Shown here: positions 29,300-42,300 of the stretch, one piece after another | How positions within the stretch are numbered: the first letter of the stretch is position 1 | Layout: each line of letters starts with the position of its first letter | Assembly: GCA_012295275.1 (NCBI GenBank) | Contig: CM022672.1 | Span: forward strand, 24,738,001-24,802,000 | DNA length: 64,000 nt | Direction: 5' to 3' | From: Chrysomallon squamiferum | Taxonomy: Eukaryota > Animalia > Mollusca | The notes under the pieces: generated by a model | Seen by the model: only the letters and a program-made list of their open reading frames with translations | What the model was told of the DNA's origin: nothing | The model's database searches: none | Program-made: the position numbers and the translations under genes

Positions 29300-30677
29300 A
29301 CGATAAACAGGGACAGAGATAGTGTTATAAATTGTATTCTATCATATATTTATTTCTGTTAACAGTAACTTTCAGATTAATTTTTTTATTTTTTTTATTT
29401 TTTTTTATGCTGTCATAAATTTAGTCATCCTTTCAGTTTGGGAAAATAACTATTACATATGACACAAATGAGCACCATCGCAATCACACATCCTGCCTCT
29501 AAAACACTGCGATTAAAAGCTACAACAGCTGTAAATGAAAGCATCCATGCAAAAACTTGTTGGTTTTTAACAGAATTATCATCGCAGCTCTCTCTGTCTC
29601 TTCTTTACAAACTACCCGTTCTGGTCAGCGACTGTTATAGAGCGTACATTAAACTCGATTAAGCAGCCCTCCGTCACGCATGGCTGCCCACGAGGACAAA
29701 CGAGCACGCGCTGATGAGTGAGGTAATCCCCGAATTACCTGTTGGCCCACTGTTGTTGGTCGGTGATTAGCAACTGAGAGAAATTGTGGAATGCAGCTGT
29801 GAAACAGCGCACTGCAATCTTAATGGAGAGTAATCCAATTAAGCTGAAAGACACACGCGAGTTTGTTGTACGGCTTTTCTGATTTTCTCCTTGCATGCAG
29901 GAAAACAATGAATCTGCCGGCTCATTCAAATGCAGTATGTAAACAAGTAACCGCTGGTTATATAAAGATTGGGATTAATCCAGACCGAGCAAATCCTGCT
30001 TACCCAGTCCCTCTTCATGTCAATATTTCTTCAGTGATTTTTCCGTTATTATTATTATTATTACATATATACATAGGTTTATTTTCTCACCTGACTTACA
30101 GCGGTGCATTAGTCTGCTGTTTGAATGGATTACGAGTAATAACATTAAAAAAAATTCCGGTTTTAAATAATTATCTACCTTCTCGGTAACATCACTGTAT
30201 AAACTAAATAAATACACATACATACATACATACATACATATACATACATACATACATACATACATACATACATACATACATACATACATACATACATACA
30301 TACATACACACACACATATACACACATAAACACACACATACATTATATTCTTTCAGATATCTGATTGTTTTGAACTTCATTAATGACTCACTTACTCACT
30401 CACGCACACACATGATCTGTAATTTACGTTTTTTTCTCTGTTTTTATTGCACATTTTGATTGTCATGGAAAGCTACAAACATGGCCTTTGTCAATATTAT
30501 GAGAAGAACGGTCAACCTTTCATCCCGAGTCTTACTTTTGTCCGAAAACACGATCCCGAGCGAGATTCTAACACTTGCGGTTGATTAATGAAACACCTCG
30601 CTCCGAAATCCAATGTGAATCGTTTTGTGTGGCTCGCACCCTTGGATGCTCGCTTGAAATGAGATAGCACGATTGTC

Positions 30678-30687
30678 TCCCTTGGGA
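30678..30687. promoter_or_regulatory. COE/EBF (Collier) palindromic site
   Basis: TCCCTTGGGA matches TCCCNNGGGA exactly and lies in a CpG-rich non-coding island (30490-30960). Confidence 0.35.
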
Positions 30688-31452
30688 TGGAGATCTTGCG
30701 CTCGCTCACTGTTTCGTCAATAGCGCTTGACAGGTAAGCCTTTGATAGTAACACCTTCGTGATTCAACATTAACTCCACATTCCAGTTATCCTCCTTGAA
30801 TCACTGAAAAAAACATGTATTCTCATGCACGACGTGTAGCGGAACGATTATTCAAGAACTGACTTACAGTAAAAAGATGGGGCAGCTGAACATCAAAGTC
30901 AAGACAGAAGGAAAAATTGAAACTGGCAGAACCAAATCGGAGAAAGTCTAGGCGAGCAATCCAATTTCTTGTGAAAATTTTTACAACACAATTTGTGTGA
31001 GAAAATGATTTCTGAAGATTTTTTTCTCCGAATTCTTAAATTATACTCTTTTTTGCGTGCTATGTAATTATAACGACAATAATTGCGCTTGAAAAATCTC
31101 TTAGAAGTGAAAGAGAAAAATGGAAGTGGTTGACTTGTTTTGCTTGTGGTTAAGAACAGTTACGGTTCATATTGTTGTTTATCAGCCTTATTTAAATGTT
31201 AATGAAACATGAATATTCACCATCATCGTCATGTATCCGTACAATATTGTTTCTTTATATGCTTTAAGTTTCACAGAGAAATATTTTAATATAAATATTT
31301 TGTCATCATCATCAATGCCATTAAATTTCACATAGTTCTCATCTTTATCAAAGAATTTCTAATTCATTATTAAAGTAAATTTAAACCAACAAATGAATAC
31401 AAACAATCAATAACAACCATAAGCGAGTAAAATAAATATTTTCCTACAAAAG

Positions 31453-31499
<47 letters not shown>

Positions 31500-31576
31500 G
31501 CACGCGTATATATACGAAATAAAAAGTATTATTATTATTATTACTATTATTATTATCATTATTATTATTATTGGTA

Positions 31577-31620
<44 letters not shown>

Positions 31621-31692
31621 GTTATTATTATTATTATTATTATTGTTGTTGTTGTTGTTGTTGTTGTTATTATTATTATTATTATTATTATT
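31453..31692. repeat. Compound (CA)n / (TAT,TGT)n microsatellite
   Basis: Directly visible; the source of the poly-N and poly-I ORFs. Confidence 0.9.
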
Positions 31693-33548
31693 TTCAAACA
31701 TTATTCACTCATCTTTCGGTTAAAAGTGAAATATCTGCACACATAATGTAAATTCTGAACTACATTACTTGAAATCCATAAAAAACCCGCCGATAACAAG
31801 GTATCCAAAACATGCAACACTATCTAACACCTTTTTGCATAATTGAACAATAACTTAATATTTATTTCTGCAGGTTATTCAACAACTGGAAACGTTATCC
31901 GATCAATTTAGCTGAAAAAGCAGTAAACAAATTTAATGAAAGGTGTATTCCTTACATTCATGCATACAGATAGATACTTACATACATGTATCCATTTTTT
32001 AAATCTTAAAGATAACACACTTTTATCTTTCATAAAAGAGGATACATGTATTACAGTATGGTAGTAGTATTACCTTTCATTATATTCGTTTAAAAAATTG
32101 TTTTAGAGTGTAAATGTGTGGGGTTACTGATAATAAAAATATCATGAATCAAGTACTGTGATATAATCATGCTTTCAGATCTTTATTTCGTTCTGTTACT
32201 GTGACTTTACTGTGTTTCAGGATGGTTTAACACTTCTGATATTGACGTACAGTAATGTTGTAAAAAAAAAATGTCTAGATTATTACTTAATATAACATTA
32301 AGTCATTTATGAAAGATTCCTTGGTGAGTTCTTGGATTGATTTATTGACTGACCGATAGTGGGATTGTTTGTTTATATTGTATTAATAACAGTATTCTTA
32401 GTTTTTATTTGTTATTTGCTAATGCTAAGCTCGTTTATAAAGGAAACAAACAAACCCAAAAACATAACAAAGCAATAACAAAAGAAAACAAAACAAAAGA
32501 AAAAACCAAACACACAAATACATTTTTTTTAAAACACAAAAAAAACCACACCAAAAACAACAACAAAAAACAAAACAAAACAAAACAACAAAAAAAGAAA
32601 TGAAAAAAACAAAACATTAATACATGAATAAAATTAAACAACAACCCCAACAAATATATATATATATTTGTTCGTTTTATTTTTTTATTTTTTATTTTTT
32701 GGTTTGTTTTATTATTGTTTTATTGTTTAAATATATATATATTTGTTGTTGTAGTTATATTATTATTATTATTATTTCTTTATTCACTGTATGAGACTTT
32801 TTAACAATTTAAAGAGCAAAATCAATACAAGACAATATAACTCTGTGATAAACGTAAAGTTAATAATACTCAGAAAATTTACTATTTCGTATCAGCTATA
32901 GATCAATGCACAAATAACTTTGAGAATAATGAGAAATATGTTTTGGTGACTTGATTTGAAAAAATAATTAAATAATCATAGAAATGATTCAGTCATAGAA
33001 AATAAAATTGCTAAAAAATTATGATGACGATGATGATGACGATGTTGATGATAATGCTTCTGGTTTTGCTTCTGCTGCTGCTTATACAGCTACTACTACT
33101 ACAACTGCGACTACTATTATTACTACTGCTGTATATGCACTCGCTTTTGGTTTTCATTTTCAATACAGAACAATATAACTATAATTTAACGCTCAATTTA
33201 TCAGACTTTTACATACATTTTTCGAAATAAAATGAAAATATTTAAGTATAATTACATGTTGCTGTAAAACTGAGAATGAGTTTTGCTGTAGAGTTAAATC
33301 GTTTTGGACAACACGAACAGGAGCAATAAAACCTCAGAAGTTTTGTCAGGTGTCATTCACACGAAGGCGCATACCGCACTTTTACGCTCTGGAAGAAAAA
33401 CCGATGAAAGGATCTACCGAAGCGAATCGATCTTACGAATCACTGCGCCTCGTGCCCGTCATTGCACACAATGTCATTCACAGCATCTGGTGCAATTAAC
33501 TGCATGGCACGTTCTTTGTATTTCAGTACAAAAAAAAAAAAAAAAAAA

Positions 33549-33607
<59 letters not shown>

Positions 33608-33617
33608 TTATTATTAT

Positions 33618-33652
<35 letters not shown>

Positions 33653-33654
33653 AA

Positions 33655-33699
<45 letters not shown>

Positions 33700-34297
33700 C
33701 TATTGAAAAAAATATTCAAATAAAACATAATAACATCAACATTTTCAATGAATAAAAAAGATAACAATACTTCAGCACATAATTATTATACATCTGTAGT
33801 TTGAGTATTTTTAAAACCTCCACCTTTCATACCAAATAAATCACATTAGTTTTTATAACGACTTCTGCACAGGTTTTCGATACACGGCCATTCGTCGGAA
33901 GCAGAATCTTGTTATTTGTTACGGCGATTGCCGATTCTCAAGAGACACGTGACCCGAAGCCAATGTTAACAAACACGAGCCAGACACACGACTGTGATCG
34001 ACAGATGACGTGCTATGACCTCGGGTCACGCAATATCATTAAAGTAACCGTCAAGTCAATTAAGGTAATGTTGCTGATGACGATTAGAGCACGTGATTCA
34101 CGATGATTTTATTTTATTGTTATTACACCCCACCCTCACTTAGGTAATTATTTGACAGAATTACAATGAAAGGTAACTGCGCGAAACATTAATGTCCTTC
34201 GTCCAGATGTACAGTTCGTTTTGTTTTATATTTTTTGTTTTATTTTTTTTATTATTAATTTTTATTTGGTTTTAAATATAAAAGAATCGTGTTAATC

Positions 34298-34356
<59 letters not shown>

Positions 34357-35511
34357 CAAACATTCACAACATCCACAAAAATCTAGGCATGCCTTTCCAA
34401 AATAGAGCTGATACATAAGTTTTAAAAATGTTCCTGTCTTTTTCTTTAATGTATTGGAACATCCTTTTTCAACTTCTTTACCTGCACTCTAAATCCACTA
34501 TGAATTTAACATTATGCTGTCCAGTACATCTTCAAAAGTGTTCAAATCAGTCAGAACTACATATAAAATTTCTTTCATCTGCCGCTTTACTGTCTCCTTT
34601 TAAAGTAAGAAATTGTTTAACTGTTCAGTTTTGGTATATTCTTACCTGGACCGCAGTAATTTGTGTTAAGCGAACTTCAACAAATAAAAAATAAGTAACA
34701 ATCAAAGTGTTAGAAGAAGAAAAAGAAGAAGAAGGAAGAGGAGAAGAAGAAGAAAGATAAACCGTGTTAACTGGGAAAAAGTACAAAGCGGGTTCTGAAG
34801 CAGTGTATCATTGTATGTGTTTGTATATTTAAAATAATTCTCTGCTCAGAATAGGAGTCTAACAAGTATGTATTTGGTTCACAAATACATAATAATATAC
34901 TGACACCTTTTAATCTGTAGAAAAATAAAACACGCTTTCTCCCATTAACATTTGTTTGAATTAACATTGCAACGAGTTTAGTCGTTCTGTATAATAAATC
35001 AGCATAACTTCCCATCAACCATTTTAAGGTCAACAGATGGTAGTAATTTGTTTAAGTCATGTAACAGACTATTTTATCCATAAAACCATACTTATGATAC
35101 ATAGTTTTTCTTTTCTTTCTTTCTTTCTTTTTAAAATTATTATTAGCACTAACTATTCATTAAGCACTGGGGTTATGCTTTGCACTATGTGACTTGTATG
35201 TTAATTAGATGCTCTTTATAACAAAGAGGGGAGGACTGCACGCAGTAGTCGTAAAATATGTCAAACATTTAATTAATTTAATGTACCAATATACTTGTTC
35301 ATATAAAATAGTAATCACTGAATATGCAAGCATCCTTGACAGAAACTTTCTTATCACCAGCATATCCATTTTATTGTTCTTGTAAATATGTATGTATGTA
35401 TGTATGCATTTAAGTGTATGTGTATGTATGTATGTATATATTATGAATTTGTGTTTTTGTAAGTTTGTATGTTCGTACGTGCGTTTAAGCATGAATATGT
35501 ATGTATGTATG

Positions 35512-35542
<31 letters not shown>

Positions 35543-35621
35543 ATATATAGATACATACATACATGTACATAAATAAATAAAATTAATACGTTTCCTACAA
35601 AGAGAATAACACTCACACAGA

Positions 35622-35685
<64 letters not shown>

Positions 35686-36477
35686 TATCCAGAGTTAATA
35701 ATGTTCAGTAACTCTTTAGCGAAATTTATAAAGTCGCTGTAGAAGTTATGTCCCCTTAAAGCGTAAACTTTCTATTGCGACGATATTTTTTTTCAAATAC
35801 AGCATTAATATAATTTTAGAAGACTTTCTAGAATTTCATCAACAGTATAAATTTTTATTCATCAGATAAAAAACATGAAATTTTTGTAAATTAATAATAG
35901 ATAACATTAATATTTTCTGTGATAAGAACAAGAATAATAACAAGAACAACAACTACAAACAACACTAACAAATTCATTAAAAAATAGAAGCAGCAACAAA
36001 AATATGTGCGTTTGTATGTATATATGTGTGTGTGTGTGTGCGTGTGTGTCTGTGTGTGTTTATAACAATTACTTTAAAGTTTTTGAACCTTTCAATAAAC
36101 TATTTTGTTAATGAATATTTGATTTTCTTATTATTTTAATTTTATTTATTTTTTATACACTGAAATGATAATTTGAGAGAGAAAACTCGCTTTTTCCTTT
36201 TAATGAATCACTCTTAGGAACAGTGAATCATTAATTAAACCTTCCCAAAGAGAGGAAAACACAGGCTACAACAACATTTTCAAACAACTGGTAGTCGCTG
36301 GTTGGAAAATAACGATTAACTGAACAATAATTGAAGTTTTCTTGATGTCTAAGATGTTCTTGTTTCTTCGAATTATTATTATTATTATTTTTTTTTGTTA
36401 ACTTGCGTCACCATTCTTGGTGTTTAATTCATTCGAGGCAGCGGAAGAATACATTTTGATTTCACGTAAGTAGGACA

Positions 36478-37765
36478 TCACGTTATTGTGCACAGACCGG
36501 AAGCTCTTCCGCCACCTTGGGTCATCCAGTCAATTGTCGGAGGTAGCTGCAAGGGCGAAGGTTCTTGAAAGTAGCTCGAAAAATATAGTCTGAAAACAAA
36601 GAATATAGATCGAAATAAAATAATATATACAATTTTTTTATAATCTGAATTATTATTACAGCTGATAAATATAAGAGAGAGAGAAAGAGGGGGAAAAAAA
36701 TAACACAGAAAGAACCAAAATAAAATAGAACCAACTAAACAAACTTTTAAATAAAGAAACAATCAAACGAAAAAGCACATTTTGTATCTCTTGTAATAAC
36801 ATTCATCTCATGATTATCACAACACTAATTAATTTTACTGAATTTTACTAACAGATGTACTTTCTTTATATTTGTAATTAGACTGAAAAAATAATTATTC
36901 AATACAAATAACCAAATGGATAGTTAACAAAGATTATTAAGCAAAATAAATTTCAGTACGAAGCTAGGAGAATTAGAATTGTTTTTAAAAGTGATAATTG
37001 TTATTATTAAACATCCAGTAAAATGATTTACCTTATGGTTGTTACCCAGTATTTGCCTGTCTGTCTGCTCAGTTTTAAATCTGCTTTGTCGGCATTGATG
37101 CCGTTGCCGTCATTGTCGACAAATAAGTATGGAACTGTCTCAACACCAAAAATATTAAGTCCTGGAAGAGAATAATGCCATTTAGATGAATTCATAGATT
37201 AAACCTCCATTCTAAAGAATTTAAATAAAAAAATGACAGTATTTGAATACCAATTGCCATTACCTTACCATGAAACAATCAAATAACATAGTAACAATAT
37301 ACTCAATATCATCATCATCATCATCATCAACAACAACAGCAACAATACTAATACTAATAATTATAATCAGTAAATAATTATTAAGAACATTCTGTATTTA
37401 TCTATAGTTATTAATCGCCGACTTTTAATAACACTTACCAGTTACTTGCAGCCATGCCACTATTCTAGCCATTGTCTGTGACATTGTTTCAAAGGTTTTC
37501 ATTGTCAGGCGAATCGGCACAAAGAGTCGTGATGTAAGAAAGGTGCTGGAATATGAATCTATTTCTGGAGCCGCAACGTAGAAAATTCGCAAAATGTGAA
37601 CAAAATGAGCGTCCATGTACGATGAATAAAACTCATCAGTGGAATCTGAGGCAATTTTAATACTGTCTGAAATTTAATAAAGCTAATATTGAATTTAATA
37701 ATTCAGAAAATACAACTTAGAAAAGTGAAGAATAACATATTAAAATTAAGGATCGGTGGAAATTT

Positions 37766-37851
<86 letters not shown>

Positions 37852-38223
37852 CATCTTAGACATATTTTTGGAATGTGTATGTTTAGCAGAGTTATTTATA
37901 TCACCACCCAAAGATAGTGTTAATAATTTTATATTACAGTTTAGTAAGATAAAAGATACTTACTTTGAACCGAATGCACCCGAGCTTTTCTTGTTTCAAT
38001 GTTTACTAATCGAATTCCCTGTAAATAGCAAACTATCATTATCATGGTTATTAATTAATTAGTTGATAAATTAAAGTTTTTCTTCTCATATAATTATTTG
38101 TTTTGATGTATGTTGAGAAAAATTAAAACATAAAACATAAAACAACAACAACAAAATAATAATTAAATTAAAACCAATTCATTTATATTTTCTCATCTTA
38201 TTATATCTGTAAATTCTCAATAA

Positions 38224-38266
<43 letters not shown>

Positions 38267-39981
38267 AATCCAATAAATATTTTGCTTTTTAATTCAAACT
38301 TACTATTATATTGCAACATTTTCTTACTGACGACATAATACTCTTTTATATACAGAAACAAGTAAGGATTGTTATAAATACTTAACACTGTCACCTGTTG
38401 ACTCCGCAGCCACTGTTGTGCTTTACTGAGAACATTACTGAAGTCTGCAAATTTCACTTGTTTGTTCCACTCTGGCATCGTCAATATGTCAGGCTCTATC
38501 TCTTGCATGTCTGGAACAGGTCAAATTTTATTAAAACCATAAATTAAGTGTTGACATCAGTAATAACAACAGTAAGAAAATATGTAAATAAATAAACTAA
38601 AAATTAAGTTAAAAAGAAAGAAAGAAAGAAAAAAAAGAAGATATTTTTTGTTTACATTCAAATATAAATGCAATAAATTGTTTACATAATTATAATAAAA
38701 AATAAATACAAAATAATTTTGATTAGCTTTTGTTATATAATTTTCATGGTTTGGATTCGCCGATAAAGAAACATTCCAAATATTGTTTTTGATTTGTCTA
38801 AAGGAATATTTTAACATGATATAAATTATTTATTTATTTTAGACACGGAAAAGTAGTCACAGTTCAAGTCACTGGAATACTGTCCTTACTCAGTTCTTCG
38901 TGTTTTGGCGGCCCTTGTACGTAAAATATTCGTAATATTTGCGTGAATCTTTTGGCGGCGCTGCCACCTTTTTCGTGCCAACAGGTTGCTTCTGGGTTGA
39001 TCGGACCTGACTGAAAATTCTCAGCAAACTTGATAGTCGTCGAATCAACATTCAGTATGGAACCTTTAAACACGGTAATAAAGTATCACATAACAATAAC
39101 TGTGGGTGACGTTATACGAAAACAAAATGAGAAATTATCAGAGCAAAATGATCAGAACAGTAATCCCAGCAGATAACTGTCTTAATCTTACTAGTGTCAT
39201 AATTTACATCACAGAACAGTTAATTTAAATTACTCAGCTGATTTAATTTGAAAAAATAAAAATAAAAAATAAAAAATAAAAGCAAATCATATTCTGATAT
39301 CTATCAAAATACATAACTATTTCGAAAACTAATTTAAAAGGTGAATATTGTAATGTTTACATGGCTTCAGTTAGGGAATTATTTCCAACAATACCTGGAA
39401 GTGGACTGTGTTTTAGGGTCTCGTTGAGTTTTGCTATGGTCTCTTTCAGGCCGATATACGACACGAAGTTACCGATGCCCATGGGATACTTTCCGATCCC
39501 AGGCACGAAGAAGGCTTGATATCGCCAGTTAGAATACATATGCACTGGGACGGTGTACTCCTCGGGGACCACGTTCATAACGCCTAACTGCTGCACAGGC
39601 GCAGAAAGATCAAGTTTCTTCGTGAGCCACATTCTGGTTACAAAGAATGAATATTTCTTTAATGTCACATTAATCATAGGAAAAGTCTACAATAGGAAAC
39701 CAAATGCTGCAGCTGTTAAAAATGATTGGAAAGCAGATGCCGCCGTTTCTTATACATGAAAAGGCTAGGGTGCTTTACATATCTCATTTCATACAAGGTA
39801 ACCACAACATAACAGCATAACATTGAGATATAGCCCATTGTCAGACCAATGAACATTATTCACTACGCTAAAAAAGAAAAAAGAAAAAAAAAAAAGTATT
39901 TTCATACTGCGATTGTCAAATTTTACAAAAAAGATTTCAGATAAAAAAAATAGGTAGCATAATATATAATTACATAATAAT

Positions 39982-40048
<67 letters not shown>

Positions 40049-40708
40049 AATAATAACAATAATCACCAAACAATCAAAGAACATAATTTTAAAACAAACT
40101 TTCTGCATGCTTATTAAAAACACAAATGATTCTTAAGTGATTTTCAAGAACATGCATCCAAATTAAATAATAATTTATCAATTAATTTTAAAGATAAATA
40201 ATAATAATAAAATTTAATAAAAAACGTCCAGTTATATTTGCACTACATGATCTGTCATACGATTCTGATTGTTGTTTTTTATTTTGTTTTGAGATTTATT
40301 TATTTTTCAAAGTTTTTACCTAAGTCCAAGAACATGAACATTGAAACCATACGCCGACTCATGTTGTATTGTGCTTTCTAAGTCGATGGCAGGTCCCTTG
40401 TCAACCTTTCTTTCCACTGTTTCACACTTCCAAACTGCCAGCTCAGGGTTTGAAATCAACCACAGATTAGCTCCTGTTATAATGTCACTTAAAACACGAA
40501 CAGAATAAATTTAGTTAGTATTAACTAAGTTAGTTTTAAGCATCTATTTTTTACTATGTATTTATTTACTTGTTTATTTTATATATATAAATATATATAA
40601 AACCAAATGCATCACTACCCCCAAAACAACAATAAAAAAATAAAATAAAATAAAATAAAAATAGAAACACCAAAAACAAAATTATTAATAATGATTATGA
40701 AGGTAATA

Positions 40709-40746
<38 letters not shown>

Positions 40747-41051
40747 AATAATAATAATAATAATAATAATAATGGTGGTGATGAATAAATGAATAATAAA
40801 ATTTAATAAATAAGTTACCTAAAATTCTGAAAAGTCGGTGGCGTCCCGCCAGCTATATTTCCCGCAGATAAACACCTGGGCATTATATCAATGTAAGCTA
40901 AGGGAGGTAATTCTGGCTCTTTCTTATTTACCGAAGTCTGAAAGAAGCCCATTATCTCCTCATAGGAAGGTGGCGCTGTTCCTCCATAACCAGACTGTAC
41001 TTGTTCTGGGAAGAGTACACTTGGGTCAGCTGGCAACGATTTTGACTGCAT
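36478..41051 (-). CDS. Uncharacterised 484-aa protein with four tandem ~100-aa repeats, N-terminal PPSY and C-terminal CTIT (CaaX-like); 9 coding exons
   Basis: Exons 41051-40819, 40487-40320, 39633-39395, 39063-38890, 38510-38395, 38018-37964, 37666-37439, 37161-37032 and 36589-36478. All introns are GT-AG with matching phases (2,2,1,1,0,1,1,2); total 1455 nt with no internal stop. Several exons coincide with supplied ORFs (40815-41051, 39357-39677, 38864-39073, 38179-38508, 37425-37616, 36478-36762). Confidence 0.9.
37769..37846. repeat. (TC)n microsatellite in an intron
   Basis: Pure dinucleotide run. Confidence 0.95.
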
Positions 41052-42208
41052 ACTCTTTAAGTCTGAAAAATTATTTGGAACTAAATAGGCAACCCTCCAA
41101 CTAATTAATTAACAACTATAATAAAGATACGTTCAGGACATTCCTATAAATTATAATATAAAAAAATATAAAAAAATAAAATTAAAACATTTTGAAACTT
41201 TGCCAAAGTTTATATCGTTACCATCTTGTATATTGTCCTTTACTGGCCACAATTTCAAGTTTCGGAATATAAGAATATCATCTTCCTAATGGTCATCTAC
41301 TTGAACAGATGTTTCTTTACGATTAAAATGTCTAATATATATATATATTTTTTTTTTTTCACATTCTCACTACTTTTGTCTATTTACACATGAGCCAGAC
41401 GACACTTGATTGACAGGTGTGACATGATGCGCGAGAGTTCCGAAACTAAGATTTTGAAATATTAAGATAGTAACTTGAAAATGAGGCCAGTAACTGATCT
41501 CTGTGTCTTTATTCCAGTATTTTAGAATATTTTTATTAAGTTTTGAAAATTATGCCAATAACTGACCTCCGTGTCTTTATTCCAGTAAAAATTTAAAAAA
41601 AAAAAAAAAAAATTTCCAAATGAGAGATTAGGTGTTAATTACATGTAATAATAAGTGTACAGACAGACAGACACACACACACACACACACATACAGAATC
41701 AAAAGCAGAGAAATATTATATTGTCAAAAAAAAAGTGTAGCGGTCACATTGCAACAACAACAACAGCATCATCAACAACAACATTAACAACAACAACAGC
41801 AACAAAAACAGCTGCAACAACAACAGCAAGACAAAAAAAAAAAAAAAACTTAAGAAAAAATATAATAGTAAAATAATAACAAAAATACTGCAACTATCAC
41901 TACTACTACTACTATTATTACAGTTAGTTCTGCTACTGTTACTGCGGCTAATGCTATTACTACTACTACTACTATTACTTCTGCTACTGCTACTGCGGCT
42001 AATGCCATTACTACTACTACTACTGCTACTACTACTACTACTAAAGAAATACAAATATATACAACAGCCTCAGTTTAACATTACTGTTACAACTGCTAGT
42101 ACTGATACGATTCAGGCGCACACAAATATAATTACGTGCATAGTTTTAATTCATTGTGCTTTTAGATAGAAACACTGCAAAAGCGAGCTGACAAACTTAA
42201 TAAACTCA

Positions 42209-42300
42209 CCTGTGATAGCGGTATTGGAAATTTACATTTCAAACGGAAAATACTAGCCAGTTATTAATAAACAATCAATACAGTCAAGTAAACAACTTTC
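42209..42300 (-). other. Probable non-coding 5' exon of the four-repeat gene (5' boundary unknown)
   Basis: Strong donor CAG|GTGAGT (plus actcac ctg at 42203-42211). An acceptor ttttcag lies 11 nt before the ATG at 41051. The upstream frame is closed by TAA, so the exon is non-coding. Confidence 0.5.

Noticed and set aside
41490-41587. Short direct duplication taactga(t/c)ctc(t/c)gtgtctttattccagta
   Set aside because: Only two copies about 70 bp apart in an intron; an ordinary local duplication.
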